From an uncultured Candidatus Peribacteria bacterium (GTDB lineage: Bacteria > Patescibacteriota > Gracilibacteria > BD1-5 > UBA2023), in the NCBI GenBank assembly GCA_964618565.1, contig CAZUBA010000001.1:20998-84997 (forward strand): a DNA stretch of 64,000 bases. The letters run 5' to 3'. The notes under the pieces were generated by a model. The model was not told the DNA's origin. It worked only from the letters and a program-made list of their open reading frames with translations, and made no database searches. Positions 59,377 through 64,000 of this stretch are shown piece after piece. The translations under genes were made by a program, and so were the position numbers. Position 1 is the first letter of the stretch; every line of letters begins with the position of its first letter.

Positions 59377-60252
59377 TTACCTAAGATTACTTAATATCTC
59401 CCTATTCTTCATTATAAATAGGTAATCGATATCATTATCCTCACAGAATTCTAATGCCTTGCTTTTTCACATTGCAATAAGTGCAGTGGCCAATGAATCA
59501 GATTTATATCAATACCTATTTATCACGCTAACGCTAATTAGTTCATTTTCTGATTTATCGGAAAGAGGATTTCTTATATGATGGTAATCTTCATTATTTA
59601 TTTTCCATTTTCTTATAAAGGTTCATGAAGTGGATATGCTTTTGCTTGATAGTTCTAGAGTTGTGAAAATTTCATTCTTATCAAAAGGTGAGGATATGCC
59701 GACTTGCCATTTTCCTCAAAATAAATTATATCAAGAAAGACAGATATCTCCTCATAGATTTATCATATGATCATTATATCATGCTGATTTTAATGCGCCT
59801 GATAATATGTCAGCTAAAAATCACTTTGCTATAGCTCAGAAATCCAGATTCATATCCTGTCATATTTCAAGCAAGTTTCAATAATTTTTAATATCATTGA
59901 AATTCAAATCTTCAACAAGATTAATCTTTTCAAATCTTCAAATTTCAAAACTGTCTGAATATCATATTTTTCTTAGATCTATCAATGGATTAAAATATCA
60001 ATCAGTCAATGAGAACATCTCTCTTGATCTGTCAAGCATTAATAAAAAGATGTCGCTTACAGGCATTTTCTTATCCCGATTTAATTTTGACAATTGTGAA
60101 TCTATTCTGAATCTAGAGAATTCATTTTCAAAATCAACAATATTTTTATAAATGCCATTAATGATTTTTTTTAATGATTTATCATCTTCATTTATGACAA
60201 TTATTGAACAAATAGTTCACATTGCCTTAAAATTGTATTCAAATTTTTTCAT
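59377..60252 (-). CDS. apbE: FAD:protein FMN transferase (ApbE family)
   Basis: 291 aa: ...FKAMGTICSI..., ...SQLSKLN..., ...DGYFNP..., ...LDFGAIAKGFLAD..., ...NLGGDI..., ...ISTSGTF...YHHIRNP..., ...KSDSLATAL... Its ATG directly abuts the upstream TAG. Confidence 0.85.
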
Positions 60253-61659
60253 CTATATGAATTTTTCAAAATATACTTTTCCAAATCATCTGCTTAAAAG
60301 ATTATTTGAAATATCAGCCGTAGTTCAAGGATTTCAACATATATAAAATTCACAATTTCCCCCAAAATCAATATTTTCTAAACTTATCCTTCAATAGTTA
60401 TATCCCTTTGTTTCTTCTTTGGATAAGAAAATGTTAATCTCCAAGTTTTTAAATTGTTTTAATTCATCTGTATAAAACAAGTCAGAGGCTTTGGACACTC
60501 AGAAATATAATTTTTTCATGACATCTTCTTCAGTGTTTATGAGCATTGAATATATCGGAGCCAATCATGTTCAAGTTGCGATAAAGACCTTTGGCTCCAG
60601 AGTATTATTTAAAACAAAATTTCAAGAAATTCATGTGTGATAAATCTTATCTCAAGCTTTTAAAGATTTGAATATTTCTCAAGCTCTTCAGTTTTGCTTC
60701 AATTTTATTAAAAACATTAGAACATTTCATTTTTTATCAGCAATCGAATAGCTTCTATTGAATTTTCAATTCAGATCTTCTAAGGCAAAATTTAAGAATT
60801 GTCAGCTCGCATGTGTATAATCGTCTTTTAATTCAAGCTTTAATTCAATTACTTCTGTATTTAAAAATTTAAGTGAAACTATTTTGGATTCATCTGTTGT
60901 TATTTCTCATTCTAGCAATATGAAATCGGATTTAGTCACTCAACACACTGGACATCTCCAATCCATGGGGATATCTTCAAATTTTGTTCAAGACATGATT
61001 CAGCCATCTATATCTCAGATGCTCTCATCATAAATATAAGAACATGGAACACACAGCCATCTTGGCGAATTTGATGATTTTTTTAATTTCCTTTTATTTT
61101 TTATATAGGCTCAAATATAAATAGATATCCAGAATCAAAGGATATAAAGCGGTCAAGTATCTCATTTGATCATAAATATATGCAAGCCAACAAATATGAA
61201 CATGAAATATGACAATCTCTGCAGGATTTTCCATTTAGTTTTTAATATTGATGTCGCCATTGAATTTGATGTGATCAATAGGGGCAGGGAAATCAGGAAA
61301 GCAATTATTCCCCAAAGGTAATTAAGCTCATAGTCCCAAAGTATAGAATTCCTTAAGACATCGATGCTAGAATTCAGATTTTCCCAGTACATGATTTCAC
61401 TGAATGCTCAGATTGCATGGGCAATAGAGAAAACTCAAACTAAAATCCCTAATTCTCTTCTGAATTTTATGATAAAACTAAGCAATTTATTTCTTGAGAA
61501 TATATCATTGAGCGGTCTTATAATCATAACCAAAACCAACAATAACCAAGAAACGGTCCCGAACTGTTTAAATGTTTCTCTTGGAGATATGAATACCAGA
61601 ATAAATGCTAAAGAAGATAAAAGCAAAATCAGTTTGATATATTTGATGTAATTGTTCAT
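60253..61659 (-). CDS. fusion protein: ferric-reductase-like TM domain (MsrQ/NOX type) + rubredoxin + FNR-like FAD/NAD(P)-binding reductase
   Basis: 468 aa. TM part ...IRPLNDIF...ELGILVGVFSIAHAIGAF...FIFVGLHIFMI... Rubredoxin [46 protein letters not shown]. FNR part ...RSYSIA..., ...FIATGTGLAPI... Track ORFs 61435..61659 and 61162..61392 are pieces of it. Confidence 0.8.
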
Positions 61660-61743
61660 AATTTTTATTAAAGATTAAAAGGCTATTTTTATAAATAACC
61701 TCTTAGCTTAATTCATATCTTGAGAAATATCATCCAATGAAAA

Positions 61744-62205
61744 TTAATTTACTGTTGATAAAAATTTATTGAATCATTCTGTTGTAAGGCTTGCTCATGA
61801 AACAACATCTATCTTCAATCATTTCAATTCATGTCAGATAACTTGAGCTGGGGCATTTTTTGCAAATTCAACCAAGGGTCATTTTCAATTAAGATCAACT
61901 CAATCAAAAGTCATTGAGGTCACTTTTCAATCTTTTAATAAGAATTTTCATTTAACCGGAACATTTTTCCCTCAAATTTCATATGAAAATTCAAATGTTT
62001 TTTCTGACTCAGCAGTTGCAGAGTCTGTTGTAACGCTGGATATGTTTTCATCTAGATTTTCCGTATTTTCAGTTCAAGCGGTTGAAACTGATTTGATTTC
62101 ATTATTTGGAGCATCAAGGATTGTTGTTGGAGTTGTTTCTTTGGTTTCTGTACATGAAGCCAATGCAATTAATGGAAATACAGCTAATGCAGTAAATTTT
62201 TTCAT
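61744..62205 (-). CDS. FMN-binding-domain lipoprotein
   Basis: 153 aa. Lipobox MKKFTALAVFPLIALASC. The C-terminus ...IDVVSGASLTTEGFNKF... is typical of FMN_bind domains. Confidence 0.75.
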
Positions 62206-62546
62206 AAAAAGACAAAAGTAAATAATATAAGCGTTTTATTATTTATAGGATAAGTAGTAAAACGAAATAAAGGATATATATTTACACACAAATAACAAAT
62301 TTCATTTAGTTACCAAAAAACTACCTTCGAAAAAATCTTATATTTTAAGTTGGTATTACTGCAATTTTTAAATTAAATTCCATTAAACAGCCATTAATCA
62401 TTCTATTTTTTGAGTATTTTTACAAAAAAAGCTAGATTAAATTAAATTTTAATATATAAAAAAATAAAAAATGCTTATAATGAATTGCAGATGGTGTTTT
62501 TAAAGAAAATATCATTGATTTTTATTTTATATTTACATATTTTTAT

Positions 62547-62819
62547 ATGAAGAAATTAGATTTTATAAAGGCTTTGGCAAATCAATTGTCTATGGGTCAA
62601 GATGTTACAGGTAAATTCCTTGATGGAGCAATTTCATTGATTTCATCTGAGCTTAAAAAAGGTGAAGAAATCAATATTACTTGATTTGGTGTTTTTAAGG
62701 TTTCTAATAGAGCTGCTAGAAACGGAATCAATCCTAAAACTAAAGAGGCTATAAAAATCCCTGCTTCAAAATCTCCTGCATTTAAAGCTTGAAAGACATT
62801 CAAAGAAGCTATAAAATAA
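62547..62819 (+). CDS. hup: DNA-binding protein HU
   Basis: 90 aa: [90 protein letters not shown]. Confidence 0.9.
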
Positions 62820-62870
62820 TTTTTTCAAATAATTTTTGAAATATTGATAGCTATATCAAAAAGCAAAATA

Positions 62871-62898
62871 AAAGAGTCCTTGGGACTCTTTTATTTAT
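62871..62898 (+). terminator. Rho-independent terminator after hup
   Basis: AAAGAGTCC ttg GGACTCTTT followed by TATTTATT. Confidence 0.6.
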
Positions 62899-62906
62899 TC
62901 TAATAT

Positions 62907-64000
62907 TTACATTAATTGTATTTTTTTCTTCATAAGGCCAATTATTCATCCATAAGTTATAACTCAATTTTTTTCATCAATTTCAAGTTCATCTAGATTT
63001 TTTATTCAATCTAGCCTACAGACGAATCATGTTTCTTTTGAATACACTTCACTAAAAAATGATATTCTGTCAATGTTTATAAAATACTCTTTTCAGTTGT
63101 AATCAAAAGAATGATTCACGTTATGTGCAATTATCTCCATATTAATAGGGTCAATCATTAAGATATCAGTAGAATGAATTGATACGAATATCCTTCATTT
63201 TCTATCCAATTTAACATCTTCTCATACTCTTATTAATTTTGCCTCTGCAAAACTTCACCGAAAATCTATTATTTTTTTCTCAGGACGAAATAAATAGCCT
63301 AATGAAATAAAATCTCATGATCATATATAAAAGGCAATAATATCTTTATCCAATCATTTTATATTCCTTTCTGCTCTTGTAATTGTTTCAGGTTCTTTGA
63401 TTCATAAAATTTCAACCAATTTTCAAGCCTGTAGATCATATATTTTTATTTCCTCGTTTAATGTGGTTCTAAAAATACCTTCTTGTATTTGCTCATATAT
63501 ATTGCCTTCAATTTCAACAAATGTACGTCATTTATGGTTTTTATCAATTTTTTCTGCTTCAATGCTAGCTTTTTGTATGTTTTGTTCAGGAATGCTATCA
63601 GGATATCATTCATTACTTTTTGAATCAGTTTCTTTTATCCGCAATATTTCTAACAATTTGGATTTCACAATAAGATTCTTTAAAGTTGATGCCACTTTAA
63701 AAAATTCTAGTTTTTCAAATAAATTTTTCAGTTCTTCATTTGTAACATCCTTAAAAGCTATTCTATCGAGGATTTTATAATAATTTTTTACAAATTTTTC
63801 ATCTTTTAAAATTTTTTTAAAAGATTTAATGTCTTCTTCAGAAATATCGTGATTATTTATTATATCATCAAATATTCTAAGAATATAATCCCTTTCCTGT
63901 TTATCTGATCAATATTTTTCTAAAGATAGTTCTAAAACTCGTTTTGCTGGCTTTGATCTTAAAGCCTCAAGAGTTGTATCACATACTTTTTCAGAAGGAA
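62907..64000 (-). CDS. hypothetical protein, 5' end off the window (partial)
   Basis: Open code-25 frame from 63998 down to TAA at 62907..62909 (...LEALRSKPAKRVLELSLEKYGSDKQERDYILRIF...GIIGLMKKKIQLM*). No motif recognised. Confidence 0.55.

Noticed and set aside
1-64000. Genetic code 4 (TGA=Trp, Mycoplasma-like) as an explanation for in-frame TGAs.
   Set aside because: TGA aligns with invariant Gly (Walker A, Nudix box, VHFGH of S2, DPPYNTG), not with Trp. Trp positions use TGG. The tRNA-Trp anticodon is CCA.

Overview
AT-rich chromosomal window from a bacterium that reads TGA as glycine (genetic code 25: Gracilibacteria/BD1-5 or Absconditabacteria/SR1, Patescibacteria/CPR). In-frame TGA sits at conserved Gly positions in rpsB, tsf, gatB, Nudix boxes and several Walker A loops. 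The tRNA-Trp here has anticodon CCA, which argues against code 4. The supplied standard-code ORF track is therefore fragmented and partly on the wrong strand, so I re-derived every CDS by hand with TGA=Gly and only TAA/TAG as stops. All start/stop pairs listed are in frame (length divisible by 3). Layout: (1) 1-8.6 kb is core: a tandem-HD hydrolase, SAM-MTase, CYTH, two Nudix genes, gatB, rpsB, tsf and tRNA-Trp. (2) About 8.6-40.9 kb is an integrated element at the 3' end of tRNA-Trp. Its large serine recombinase ORF reads across the junction into the tRNA. Cargo is an unknown minus-strand operon, a defence island and a mobilisation-like module. The defence island holds a type III RM with an OLD-family nuclease between mod and res, an hsdS remnant, an uncharacterised 3-gene nuclease/membrane operon, GmrSD, and SIR2-HerA plus a KTSC gene. 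The mobilisation-like module is a Replic_Relax-like gene, an unknown gene and a VirD4/TraD-like ATPase. (3) About 40.9-54.1 kb is an accretion zone delimited by repeated copies of the tRNA 3' end (GGCTGCCA) with recombinase-C-terminus-like remnants. It carries two about 970-aa secreted papain-like/Ig-like/SdrD-B-like proteins, each followed by a small Cys-rich membrane-anchored protein. It also holds decayed orphan cassettes, a nucleotidyltransferase and a kinase-like gene. (4) 54-64 kb has hypotheticals, a flavin operon (FMN-binding lipoprotein, a ferric-reductase-TM/rubredoxin/FNR fusion, ApbE) and HU. No rRNA or CRISPR array was seen. All family names come from motifs read by eye, with no database search.
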